DNA of 64,000 nucleotides from an uncultured Nitrososphaerota archaeon (GTDB lineage: Archaea; Korarchaeota; Korarchaeia; Korarchaeales; Korarchaeaceae): assembly GCA_964594835.1 (NCBI GenBank), contig CAZQNA010000007.1, forward strand, positions 24,665 through 88,664, in the 5' to 3' direction. The translations under genes were made by a program, and so were the position numbers. This document shows positions 47,347 through 56,567 of the stretch, in pieces (the first letter of the stretch is position 1; every line of letters starts with the position of its first letter). A model generated the notes under the pieces. It was not told where the DNA came from. It did no database searches and was given only the letters and a program-made list of their open reading frames with translations.

Positions 47347-48741
47347 ATGGCCGCGACGAGGCCTGATCCGACCGGCATTGAGTGGTTCTACAAACCCAGG
47401 TCCGTGGCCGTGATAGGAGCCTCTACTAGACCCGGCAAAGTTGGCCATGAATGCCTGAAGAGCCTCTTGAACAGCGGGTTCCAGGGAGAGGTCTATCCAG
47501 TAAACCCCAGAGCTGAGCAGGTCCTGGGGCTGAGAGCCTATCCCTCCATTCTGGATGTACCAGCTGAGGTCGACCTGGCAGTGCTTGCGATTCCCTCCAC
47601 CGCGGCTCCAAGCGTGATGGAGCAGTGCGCGCAGAAGGGAGTTAAGGCCGTGGTGATAATCTCCGGCGGTTTCAAAGAGGCCGGTGAGGAGGGGGAGGAC
47701 CTTCAAGAGAGGATCGTCGAGACGGCCAGGAGACACGGGATGCGGATAATCGGGCCCAACTGCATAGGCGTGTTCGACGGCCACACGAGGGTGGACACAA
47801 CGTTCCAGTCCCACGAGAGGATGGGCAGGCCAAAACCAGGGAACATAGCCTTCCTGAGTCAGAGTGGGACCTTCGGCGCTACCTTCTTGGACTGGGCCGC
47901 CGCGGAAGGCGTAGGAGTCAGCAGGTTCGCCAGCCTTGGAAACAGGGCGGATGTGGACGAGGGGGACATGATCGCGTACCTCGCCCGGGATCCGGACACC
48001 AGGGTGGTGGCGATCTACATGGAGTCGTTCACCGACGCCAGGGCCCTCATGGAGGCCATCCGGTCCTCTCGGAAGCCCATCCTCATCTTCAAGTCCGGCA
48101 GGACTCAGGCGGGCGCAAAGGCGGCGGCGTCCCACACGGGCAGGCTGGCGGGGAGCTACGAAATCGCGAGGAGCGCCCTAACCCAGGCTGGGGCCCTGGT
48201 CCTGGACTCCGTGGGGGAGCTCTACGGGGCTGCCAAGGCCCTAGCCCTGCAGCCAACCTTCGGGGCCGGGGGAGTGGCGATGGTCACCAACGGGGCCGGA
48301 CCCTGCGTGATGGCCGCAGACTACCTCTCCGAATCCGGTATCAAGCTTGCCACCTTCTCTCCGAAGACAAGGAAGGAGCTGAGAGAGGGGCTGCCAGGCT
48401 ACGCCCTCGTGTCAGACCCGGTCGTTGATCTCACCGGCAGCGCCACGACCTCGGACTACATGACGGCGCTGGAAGCCCTTGCGCGAGATCCCAACGTAGG
48501 CCTCCTGGGGGTCTTCGTCGTGTTCCAGGACACCCCCCTTGAAGAGGAGTTCACCACAAGGCTCGCGGATTTCGACTCGGGGGGCAAGCCGGTGCTGGTG
48601 TTCGCCGCGGGAGGGGAATACACGGCCAGAAAAAGGAGAGAACTCGACTCAGCTGGCATTCCAACATACGACGACGTCAGGGAGCTCGCCGCGGCCATAA
48701 GGGCCCTGAGGTGGTGGGCCAGCAGGCGGGCGGCGCGCTGA
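47347..48741 (+). CDS. acdA: ADP-forming acyl-CoA synthetase alpha subunit
   Basis: SVAVIGAS, GPNCIG, SQSG, SHTG phospho-His, TNGAG. Confidence 0.9.
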   Translation: MAATRPDPTGIEWFYKPRSVAVIGASTRPGKVGHECLKSLLNSGFQGEVYPVNPRAEQVLGLRAYPSILDVPAEVDLAVLAIPSTAAPSVMEQCAQKGVKAVVIISGGFKEAGEEGEDLQERIVETARRHGMRIIGPNCIGVFDGHTRVDTTFQSHERMGRPKPGNIAFLSQSGTFGATFLDWAAAEGVGVSRFASLGNRADVDEGDMIAYLARDPDTRVVAIYMESFTDARALMEAIRSSRKPILIFKSGRTQAGAKAAASHTGRLAGSYEIARSALTQAGALVLDSVGELYGAAKALALQPTFGAGGVAMVTNGAGPCVMAADYLSESGIKLATFSPKTRKELREGLPGYALVSDPVVDLTGSATTSDYMTALEALARDPNVGLLGVFVVFQDTPLEEEFTTRLADFDSGGKPVLVFAAGGEYTARKRRELDSAGIPTYDDVRELAAAIRALRWWASRRAAR

Positions 48742-49086
48742 GCGGGAGTCGAGATCGATGAAGGGCTCGACGTCGCGTGCGTAGGGGTGAGCTTAAGTGA
48801 ATCAAGGGGACCTCAATCCCTATCCTCCCGACTGGGTCTTAGGGAGGCATCAAGGCCTCGACGCCTCAAGAGAGGCCTGCTTCATCGACCTGTCCCTGCG
48901 CCATACCACTTCTAGGAGCCGCGTTCTTGAGGAGTCGACGATTCGTCTGGGACTCTCAATTCACTTGGAGCCGCAACCTTGACAGTCAGCGGGGGGGCGT
49001 CTCGCGCGCCGGGGCCCATGACTGGCTCGATGGGCTCTGACGAAAAGTGTAAAACTGCGTTTTATCTGGGCCGTCTGAGGGAGAAC

Positions 49087-49590
49087 ATGCTTCAGCAAGG
49101 TCGGATCGTAGTTCTCATCCCCACTTTGGACTCGTCTGGGCTTGAATCCAGGGTGGACTCCAGATTCGCCAGGGCGCCCTACTTCACGGTCGTCGCCATA
49201 GACGGCGGAGTTCCGTCCGACGCCAGGTCCTTCCCCAATCCGGCCGCGGGCGCCGCCGGTGGGGCTGGTCCCATGGCCGTGCAGAGGGCGTCAGAGCTGG
49301 GAGTGAGCGTGATACTGGCGCCCAGCATGGGACCCAACGCCGTCGGCGCGGCAGAGGCAATGGGCATCCGGGCATACCTTGTGCCAGCCGGTATAACCGT
49401 CATGGAGGCGGTGAACTCCTTCTTGAGGGGACAGCTCCAGCCGCTGGCGCCCGCCGGCCCCGGGATGGGGGCTGGCTGGGGTGGAGGCCGGGGTATGGGA
49501 ATGGGGATGGGAATGGGCCGCGGAAGAGGTCGAGGTGGGCGCGGCTGGGGAAGAGGACGGGGCGGAGGCCGGGGAACCTGGGGATACTGA
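49087..49590 (+). CDS. NifB/NifX (MTH1175-like) family protein with Gly/Arg/Met-rich tail
   Basis: RFARAPYF, GAG, GPNA; GMGMGRGRG tail. Confidence 0.82.
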   Translation: MLQQGRIVVLIPTLDSSGLESRVDSRFARAPYFTVVAIDGGVPSDARSFPNPAAGAAGGAGPMAVQRASELGVSVILAPSMGPNAVGAAEAMGIRAYLVPAGITVMEAVNSFLRGQLQPLAPAGPGMGAGWGGGRGMGMGMGMGRGRGRGGRGWGRGRGGGRGTWGY

Positions 49591-49781
49591 GCGCTGCCTC
49601 CGCATTCACACCCCCATCTTTGGGGTTGTTCCCTGTCTCCTCACGAGATGGTGGAGTGGGAGCCCGGGCTCGGCGCTCACCTCAAACGAGCCCCTCCATC
49701 CGGTTCCAACGAGGCCCTCCAAGAGGCGCCCCCTTTCCTTCCCCTAAGGATTGGATGGCCCGCCGACATGCAGAGCGGAGG

Positions 49782-50531
49782 TTAAACCTCGCCCGGGCGG
49801 ACGAATCCAGTCGGCCGGAGGCCTGCCCTCCTTATCCTGTCCCTCACGGCGGGGTAGAGGATAAGGAGTTCCGGCTCTAATCTGCTCGGCAGGGATTCGT
49901 CTATCTCCCCGAGCCTCTCGACCAGGCTTAGCAGGCCACTCTCCGTGGAGAATCCGAGCATCACCGATGGGTGGAAGGACACGCCGCGCTCCAGCAGGTT
50001 CCCAAGCGCCCTCAGCTGATACTCGAAGAACCTCGGTTCGGCGCCCGTCAGGCGGGAGAACTCCTCGGGCGTGCATCCCTTGAGGGACACCCTCACGTGG
50101 ACGTGCCGGAACCTGGAGAGGTCCTCGGCGTAGGACTCGTCGACACCGATGAGGACTCCGTTCGTCTCCAGGATGAAGAGGAGCCCCGAGTCGGAGGTCC
50201 GCTCCAGGAGGGCCAGAAGGTGCTCCCTCCCGATGGTCGGCTCGGCCCCGCTCACCCGGATCCTGGGGACTCCCCTCGACCTGGCCATGCCCTCCAGCCT
50301 GCGCGCGACCTGCTCGGGAGAGTAGAACTCACCGTGGGCGTCTGGGCGGGTAACGTATCTCCAGCTCCAGCAGAACACGCACCTCAGGTTGCAGCCCACG
50401 GCGTCGGCCGTAGCCACGCCGCCGTACCACCTGTCCAGCCTGAACCTGTAGTACTTCCTCAGCTGGACCCCCTCTGACTCCCTGGCCACGACCCCCTCCG
50501 TTCTCCTCGCCAGCTCAACCGGGTCGATCAA
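49782..50531 (-). CDS. Uncharacterised radical SAM protein (COG5014-like)
   Basis: YYRFR..WYGG.ATAD..GCNLRCVFCW, ETNG. Confidence 0.82.
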   Translation of the reverse strand: MIDPVELARRTEGVVARESEGVQLRKYYRFRLDRWYGGVATADAVGCNLRCVFCWSWRYVTRPDAHGEFYSPEQVARRLEGMARSRGVPRIRVSGAEPTIGREHLLALLERTSDSGLLFILETNGVLIGVDESYAEDLSRFRHVHVRVSLKGCTPEEFSRLTGAEPRFFEYQLRALGNLLERGVSFHPSVMLGFSTESGLLSLVERLGEIDESLPSRLEPELLILYPAVRDRIRRAGLRPTGFVRPGEV

Positions 50532-50572
50532 CCGTGGAGCGCCGCGGGCCAGACGTGAAAAAGGTCATGCCG

Positions 50573-51661
50573 TCACAGCGTGTCTATCAGCGGCCTCTCC
50601 CCACGGACCTCCGCCGCCGTGGCCACGGTCACCCCCTCCCTCTCCGCGGCCGAGAACACCCTTTGGACCCTCTCCCTCCACCTCCTCTCCCTTAGCAGGT
50701 GGTGGTCGTAGACGACCAACTCCGGTCCGGCCTCGACTATCCTGATCGCGTTCTCAACCGCCCTCTCGAGGTTGATCCTGTTGAGCATGAAGGGGAAGAG
50801 GTAGGTCGGGGGGCCGTCCAAGATCACCGCGTCCGGCCTTGCGGAGGCCACCGCCTCCGCGTAGTCCTCTATCTCCGGTCCCATGACGTCGCTGGTGATG
50901 AACGCGACCCTCCCACCCCTCCTGACGACCACCGGGGTGACCCAGCCGGTCCGGTCGTACTCCAGCCCGTGGAACCAGGGCCCGAGGATCTCGAACCTCG
51001 CGCCCCCGATCTCGAAGGTCCTGTCGTCCCCCCAGACAACCTTCGTCCCGTCGCCCAGCTCGAACTCCTCGACCCACGGGCCGGAGGACCACAGGCCTCG
51101 GGCGAGTTTCTCGAACCACCTCCTCCCCCTGGCGAGGAGGGAACTCCTCCTCTCAGAGTAGTCCCCGAAGTCGGCTGAAGAGGCCAGTGGCAGGTTCTCC
51201 ACCGGGTCGGGGAAGTCCTCTCGGCGCGGCTCCGTCAGGTGCTCCTCGAGGCGATCGCCCGAGGCCTCTAGGATCGAGGCAAAGAGATCCCTGGCGCGCC
51301 TCCACTGGCTCTCGTTGATGTAGGCGTTGGGGTCCTTCGCTATGATGAGCTTCCCGCGGTAGGGGGCCGGGTCGGGGGGAGCGCCCTCCTCCCCCGGCAC
51401 GAGGTGGTGGTCGTAGTGGTAGTGGGTTATCACGATGGCCCGAGCCCTCCTCATCCAGCCGTAGATCTCCTCGAGGGCTCGAGACTTCAGCCACAGCTTC
51501 TCCTCAGGTGAGAGGGGGTAGCTCGGCTGCATCTTGGACGCACCGGGATCTATGACCACGGGTCCCTCTTCCGTCTCAACGGCGACGCAGGAGCTCTTGG
51601 CGCCCATGCTGTCGAACCAGATCAGTCTTATTCCGAGCTCCTCGAGCACCCTCAGGGTCAA
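50573..51661 (-). CDS. MBL-fold hydrolase, UPF0282-like
   Basis: DSMGAKS, THYHYDHH, SDVMGP, GPPTY, DHHLLR. Confidence 0.82.
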   Translation of the reverse strand: MTLRVLEELGIRLIWFDSMGAKSSCVAVETEEGPVVIDPGASKMQPSYPLSPEEKLWLKSRALEEIYGWMRRARAIVITHYHYDHHLVPGEEGAPPDPAPYRGKLIIAKDPNAYINESQWRRARDLFASILEASGDRLEEHLTEPRREDFPDPVENLPLASSADFGDYSERRSSLLARGRRWFEKLARGLWSSGPWVEEFELGDGTKVVWGDDRTFEIGGARFEILGPWFHGLEYDRTGWVTPVVVRRGGRVAFITSDVMGPEIEDYAEAVASARPDAVILDGPPTYLFPFMLNRINLERAVENAIRIVEAGPELVVYDHHLLRERRWRERVQRVFSAAEREGVTVATAAEVRGERPLIDTL

Positions 51662-52077
51662 GGGTCTGACCCGCCCTCCTCTTCTGGGAGCAGGGGGATC
51701 CCCCTCTCTCGGGCCCTCCTCCTGAGCCCCCGGTCGAAGGTGGCTAGGGGGAGCCGGAGCCTCTCGCAGGTGATGAGCACCAGCTCGTCCTCCAGGTCGG
51801 ACATGGGGGCGGTCGAGGCCAGGGCGTCCACCAGGTCGTCGACGGTCAGCTCCACCACCCTGGTCCTCTCCGAGAGCGCGTAGCCGAGGACGAGCCTCCT
51901 CGCATCCCCGTCGCCGAGCCCGGCCCCCCGGGCGAACCAGGCAAGCTCCACCAGGACGATCGCCGGCACCACCCAGACCTCGATCGAGTCGAGCAGCTCC
52001 CTGGCCCTGCCGTGGAGGGGCTGATCCGTGAAGGCGTCGTAGACCAGCACGTTCGTGTCCACCACGGCGGACCTCAT
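51658..52077 (-). CDS. vapC: VapC PIN-domain toxin
   Basis: VVDTNVLVY, E, D, LATFD. Confidence 0.85.
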   Translation of the reverse strand: MRSAVVDTNVLVYDAFTDQPLHGRARELLDSIEVWVVPAIVLVELAWFARGAGLGDGDARRLVLGYALSERTRVVELTVDDLVDALASTAPMSDLEDELVLITCERLRLPLATFDRGLRRRARERGIPLLPEEEGGSDP

Positions 52078-52301
52078 GCCCTCGCCCCCGCGGCTACGGT
52101 CTCCCTCACCTCATCCGGGGATAGGGCCCTGCCCAGCTTCATCTTCGGCCTCCCGAACGAGAAGACCCTGAGCGCGATGGCCCTACCCTCTCGATCCACC
52201 TCGACCGACAGGGGAGTTCCCGGACCTGCCCCCACGGCCCTGACGACCTCGGCGGGCAGGCGGACGGTCCCGTCCCTCCCGACCCTCACCAGCCGAGCCA
52301 C
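52074..52301 (-). CDS. vapB: AbrB/MazE-type VapB antitoxin
   Basis: VRVGRDGTVRLPAEV...G; overlaps vapC. Confidence 0.75.
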   Translation of the reverse strand: MARLVRVGRDGTVRLPAEVVRAVGAGPGTPLSVEVDREGRAIALRVFSFGRPKMKLGRALSPDEVRETVAAGARA

Positions 52302-52305
52302 GCCA

Positions 52306-53541
52306 TCACCTCCCCCTCAGCCCCTCTATCACCCTCACCAGGTCCCCGATCTCCCGCGAGAAGGTCCACTCCTCCGAGGCCATCAGGGAGAGCTTCTGAA
52401 CGACCCTGTCCAGCTGGCAGTCGTTGGCGATGACCAGCACGTTCACCCTCAGGTCGGGCCCTCCGACCAGGGACTGGGCGGGCGTGGCAGCGTCTCCGCC
52501 GGCGGACAGGGCCTCCTGCTTCAGTATCTGGGCCACCGGATTGGAGAGGTTCCAGATCAGGAGAACCCTGCCCACGGCCTTCCTCGCCATTATCTCGGCC
52601 CCGCCGGGGTGGACGCCCATGTCCTCCATGAGTTCCCTGAGGTCCCGCTCCGTGAGCCCACCCAGCTCCACCCCCCGGCACCCGCCGCTCTCGAACACCC
52701 TCCTCTCTCTCCTGAGAGCCTCCGCCACCCTCACCGCCTGAACCGCCTCCGAGACGTCGTGGGCCCTCACGGCGTGGGCCCCGTTCAAGACGGCTACCGC
52801 CGCGGCGGCGATCGAGCCGGGGAGCCTGTCCTCCGGCCTCTCGACCCCCGCGATGGCCCCAATGAAGGACTTCCTCCACGGGCCGACCAGGATCGGCCTG
52901 CCGAGCGTGGCCAGCCTGCCGAGCCCGGATATCACGGCTGCGTCCCAGCGGTACCACGGCACCCCTGCGTCCCTGAAGAACCCTATCGCGGGATCGACGA
53001 CCACCCTGTCCGGCCGCACGCCGGCCGCCTCCGCGAGCCTGAGGCTGTTCCTGAGCAGCCTCTTGACCTCCCACACCGGGTCGCTGGGGTCTGAAACCCT
53101 CCCGTGGGCGCACAGGATCGCCGAGGCCCCGTACTCGGCTATCAGGGGGGCCATGCCAGGGTCGCCAGAGAGCCCCGACACGTCGTTCACTATCCTGGCC
53201 CCAGCCTCGAGGGCGGCCCTCGCCACGACCGCCCTCTGCGTGTCCACCGATATGGGAACTTCGATGGACTCCGCGAGGGCCGACACGGCCTCCTCGACCC
53301 TCCTCCTCTCCTCCTCGGCCGGGACCCTGGTCTCGAGGTAGGGGGCCGTCGACATGCCCCCCACGTCTATGACATCCGCCCCCTCCTCCACCATCCTCCC
53401 GGCCCTCTCGAGTAGCTCGTCGACGTTCTGGGCGACGGATCCCCGGTAGAACGACTCAGGACTGACGTTGATCGCCCCCACAACCCTGACGGGATGCCCG
53501 TCTCCCACGAGGACCCCGCCGAGATCAGCCTCCGCGAGCAA
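52306..53541 (-). CDS. folP: Dihydropteroate synthase with C-terminal accessory domain
   Basis: INVSPESF, DVGGMSTAP, SVDT, NDVSG, DPAIGF, RKSFIG, RAHDV; TTG start at 53541. Confidence 0.9.
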   Translation of the reverse strand: MLAEADLGGVLVGDGHPVRVVGAINVSPESFYRGSVAQNVDELLERAGRMVEEGADVIDVGGMSTAPYLETRVPAEEERRRVEEAVSALAESIEVPISVDTQRAVVARAALEAGARIVNDVSGLSGDPGMAPLIAEYGASAILCAHGRVSDPSDPVWEVKRLLRNSLRLAEAAGVRPDRVVVDPAIGFFRDAGVPWYRWDAAVISGLGRLATLGRPILVGPWRKSFIGAIAGVERPEDRLPGSIAAAAVAVLNGAHAVRAHDVSEAVQAVRVAEALRRERRVFESGGCRGVELGGLTERDLRELMEDMGVHPGGAEIMARKAVGRVLLIWNLSNPVAQILKQEALSAGGDAATPAQSLVGGPDLRVNVLVIANDCQLDRVVQKLSLMASEEWTFSREIGDLVRVIEGLRGR

Positions 53542-53593
53542 CGCACCCTCCGCCCCGGCAGGGAATTTAAGCGAGGCAGCGCGGCGAGGGGAG

Positions 53594-54361
53594 GTGCGGG
53601 ACGTAGACCCGGGCTGGTGGATGCCCGTATACAGGTGGATAGCCGAGAGGCTGGGCCTGAGCGAGGAGGACGACAGGAGGGCTGCGAGCATACTGGCGGA
53701 CCTCGCCGCCGACAGGTCCGTGGACGCGGACGTCGTGGAGGAGGTCTTGCGCGGGAGGCCCGCCGTCGTGGCCTGGAACGGCCCCAACCTCGAGCGAGAC
53801 CTCGTGGCCATAGCTCGATCCGCCGGAGGCCGGGAGTTCTCCGTGCTGGCGGCGGACGGGGCCGCCATGGTCACCCACTCGATCCTGGGAAGGGTGGACG
53901 CGATCGTCACGGACCTCGACGGGCGCAACCGCGTCACGGCGAGGCTGGCCGAGATGGGGGCCCTCCCCGTGGTCCACGCCCACGGAGACAACGTCCCATC
54001 GCTCCTGAAGTGGGTGTCCCGCCTCCCGACCCTGCTCCCCACGACCCAGGTGGAGCCGGTGGGTCCGGTCAGGAACTTCGGGGGGTTCACGGACGGGGAC
54101 AGGGCGGCCTTCCTGGCCCACGCGGCTGGGGCGGATGATATACTCCTCGTGGGTGTCGACCTCGCCTCCTCGTCTCCCCTGGACGTTTTCAGGGGTAAGG
54201 ATCTGGCGATGAAGCGGGCCAAGCTGGCGGTGGCAGGGAGGATGATAGGCCTCCTGGTCCGGGAGCTGGGCGCCAGGGTCCGCATCCTGCCGACCGCCCG
54301 GGGGCTAGAGGGCTCGGGGGCGCGGATCGTCGGGGACCCCTCGGAGGTGCTGGCGACTTGA
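53594..54361 (+). CDS. mptE: 6-hydroxymethyl-7,8-dihydropterin pyrophosphokinase MptE
   Basis: AADGA, VTDLDG, HAHGDN, NFGGFTDGDRA. Confidence 0.88.
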   Translation: MRDVDPGWWMPVYRWIAERLGLSEEDDRRAASILADLAADRSVDADVVEEVLRGRPAVVAWNGPNLERDLVAIARSAGGREFSVLAADGAAMVTHSILGRVDAIVTDLDGRNRVTARLAEMGALPVVHAHGDNVPSLLKWVSRLPTLLPTTQVEPVGPVRNFGGFTDGDRAAFLAHAAGADDILLVGVDLASSSPLDVFRGKDLAMKRAKLAVAGRMIGLLVRELGARVRILPTARGLEGSGARIVGDPSEVLAT

Positions 54362-55179
54362 CGGCTGAGGGTCGACTCGAGGTGATCCCCGTCCCGGTTA
54401 GGAGGCCGGTCGCCCCGGGGGACGACGTCGCGGGGGTCCTGGTCGCCGCCTGCCGGGACCTCGGGATCACGCTGAGGGACGGAGACGTGGTGGCCGTGGC
54501 CTCAAAGGTGGTCTCCGCCTCTGCGGGGAGGTTCATACGCCTCGAGGAGCTGACCCCGGGGGAGGCGGCCCTGTCCATCTCGAGGGCCACCGGCCTCAGC
54601 CCGAGGTTCGCCCAGGCTGTCGTGGAGGAGGCCGACGAGATCCTCGGCTGCGTGAGGCACGCGGCCCTGACGGTGGTATCCGGGTCGGCGGTCCCCAACG
54701 CCGGGGTTGACGCCAAGAACTCCCCTCCGGGGACCGTCTCGGCCTGGCCGAGGGACCCGGACGCGGCCGCCTGGGAGATCAGGGAGGGGATCCGCCGCCG
54801 AACCGGGGCGAGGGTTGCCGTGCTCGTCGTGGACAGCGGGTTGATCCCACTCCGGAGGGGCACGGTGGGCCTGGCAATAGGGGTGGCCGGGATGGACCCC
54901 CTCAGGGACTACAGGGGGAGGGCCGACATATACGGCAGGAGGGTGAGGTTCACCGAGCTCGACCTGGCCGACTCCCTGGCCTCGGCGGCCCACGTCGTCA
55001 TGGGGGAGGGGGGCGACATGGTGCCGTTCGCCGTCCTGAGGGGGGCGGGCGTCCGGCTGACCGAGGGCTTCGGGAAGGGGAGGCTCGTCATGAGGCCGGG
55101 GGAGTGCGCGGTGGTGGGGTCCCTGACGAGGGGCGGGTGCGGTGGGCGGGCTAGCTCGGGGGGTGAAGGGCCTCCCTGA
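54358..55179 (+). CDS. cofE: CofE-family gamma-glutamyl ligase (possibly pteroate/folate glutamylating)
   Basis: GDD, SKVVS, NAGVD..N, DS..RRG, DIYGR, ADSLASAA..MGE. Confidence 0.85.
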   Translation: MTAEGRLEVIPVPVRRPVAPGDDVAGVLVAACRDLGITLRDGDVVAVASKVVSASAGRFIRLEELTPGEAALSISRATGLSPRFAQAVVEEADEILGCVRHAALTVVSGSAVPNAGVDAKNSPPGTVSAWPRDPDAAAWEIREGIRRRTGARVAVLVVDSGLIPLRRGTVGLAIGVAGMDPLRDYRGRADIYGRRVRFTELDLADSLASAAHVVMGEGGDMVPFAVLRGAGVRLTEGFGKGRLVMRPGECAVVGSLTRGGCGGRASSGGEGPP

Positions 55180-56014
55180 GCCTCCTCACGGTCTCCTCCA
55201 GCTCCGCGTAGACGTCGTGGGCGTGAACGCTCTCCTGGGTCCTCACGGTTACCCGGACGACGGCGTCGCCTGGAAGTTCGAGGCCGGCCAGTCGAAAGGC
55301 TATCTCCCTCACGGCGTCCTCCGCCAGGAGGGAGTTCTCGAGCATGGACAGGACGAGCTCGGCCTCTTGAGGCCTCCTGAGGACGGCCCTGACGGGCGAG
55401 CTGGCGCCGGCCTCCGCCGCCTCCACCAGGTCTTCGGCGCCCACGCCCTCGACGGAACGAGCGGACACCTCCACCCTGAACCTGGCCCTCTGGGTGTGGG
55501 TGGCGAGTCCGGGGGACTCAACTCCCCTGAGCCTGAAGAGGGTCCTCAGGAGCTCCTGGGTGCAGGGGCAGGAGGTCGTGGCGGTGACCTCCACCGCGAG
55601 CGTCTCCCTCGATCCCCCCTGCCTGTCCAGGCTGGAGACCGCCTCGATGAGGTAGGGCTCGAAGGAGCCGTTGGGCGGCGCCCTCCTGAGGGCCTCCAGC
55701 CTCACGGAGACCTGGGCTCGCGAGGCGTAGCTCAGGGCGTCCAGGAGCGCCCTCGCGCCCAGACGCGCCAGCTCCAGGGGGTCCCTAGCGGATGGGAGGA
55801 CCTCGTACAGGGCCCTGTTCTGCCTCGAGAGGTCCACCCCCCTCCGCCACTCCGGGAGGTCGACGAGGAGGTCGACCTCCGCGGGGTAGGTCCCTCCCCT
55901 CACCCGCACGGGGACCCTCAGGCCCAGCCCGCCGACCCTCCTGAGGCGGATCCTCCTCAGCGGAGGCTCAGCGTGGATGTCTCTGGACTCCTCTCCAAGC
56001 CTCTCCAGCTCCAT
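55151..56014 (-). CDS. mptA: GTP cyclohydrolase FolE2/MptA family
   Basis: VDLP..RGV.LSR, TSCPC, THTQR, EDAVR, ESVHAHD. Confidence 0.85.
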   Translation of the reverse strand: MELERLGEESRDIHAEPPLRRIRLRRVGGLGLRVPVRVRGGTYPAEVDLLVDLPEWRRGVDLSRQNRALYEVLPSARDPLELARLGARALLDALSYASRAQVSVRLEALRRAPPNGSFEPYLIEAVSSLDRQGGSRETLAVEVTATTSCPCTQELLRTLFRLRGVESPGLATHTQRARFRVEVSARSVEGVGAEDLVEAAEAGASSPVRAVLRRPQEAELVLSMLENSLLAEDAVREIAFRLAGLELPGDAVVRVTVRTQESVHAHDVYAELEETVRRLREALHPPS

Positions 56015-56112
56015 CTCTCCCTCGATGGGGGCCGGCTGGGGGGAGGTAATGAAGGCTCCTGTCGGTCAACTTTATGAGCGTCCATAACTATGGTGTTCCA
56101 CGGTGAGGCGGT

Positions 56113-56535
56113 TTGAGGGCGAGGTCCAAGCTCGTGGAGGGCTTCCGCTCCGTCATAGACGACGGCAGGGGTCACAGCGTCGTTACCGATCTCCCGAGGG
56201 ACATGGGAGGCATGGACACGGCGCCGACCGCCCTTGAGCTGGCCGTCATGGCGCTGGCCGGCTGCATCACCACGATATTCGCCATGGTCGCCAAAGGGAA
56301 GGGGCTCAGCTTCGAGGACATGGAGGTCATCGTAGACGCGGAGAAGCCTCAGGGGGAGAGGACGATAACGTCCGGCAGGATCAAGGGGATAGTGACGTCC
56401 GGCGAGCCCGAGGAGAGGGTCAGGAAGATCTGGGAGGACACCCTGAAGGTCTGCCCAGTCGGCGTGCTCTTCAAGGAGGCGTGCGTCGAGTTCGAGACCG
56501 AGCTGGAGGTCAGGCGGCCCAATCACCCGATCTGA
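56113..56535 (+). CDS. OsmC family protein
   Basis: GG.D..PT.LE....LAGC and CPV. Confidence 0.88.
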   Translation: MRARSKLVEGFRSVIDDGRGHSVVTDLPRDMGGMDTAPTALELAVMALAGCITTIFAMVAKGKGLSFEDMEVIVDAEKPQGERTITSGRIKGIVTSGEPEERVRKIWEDTLKVCPVGVLFKEACVEFETELEVRRPNHPI

Positions 56536-56567
56536 CCCGCGCCCGGAGTGACGGGCCCAGGGGCCCG

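Noticed and set aside
48742-49080. 340-bp gap as possible small gene or ncRNA
   Set aside because: No convincing ORF, repeat or recognisable RNA motif on either strand
49087-49590. NifB/NifX domain as evidence of nitrogen fixation
   Set aside because: MTH1175-like proteins are widespread in non-diazotrophs; no nif genes here
53542-54285. Long N-terminal extension of FolP
   Set aside because: Antisense of mptE; DHPS homology begins near 53541
54358-55179. cofE/mptA/mptE as evidence of methanogenesis or F420 synthesis
   Set aside because: Context is folP; no other cof or methanogenesis genes in the window
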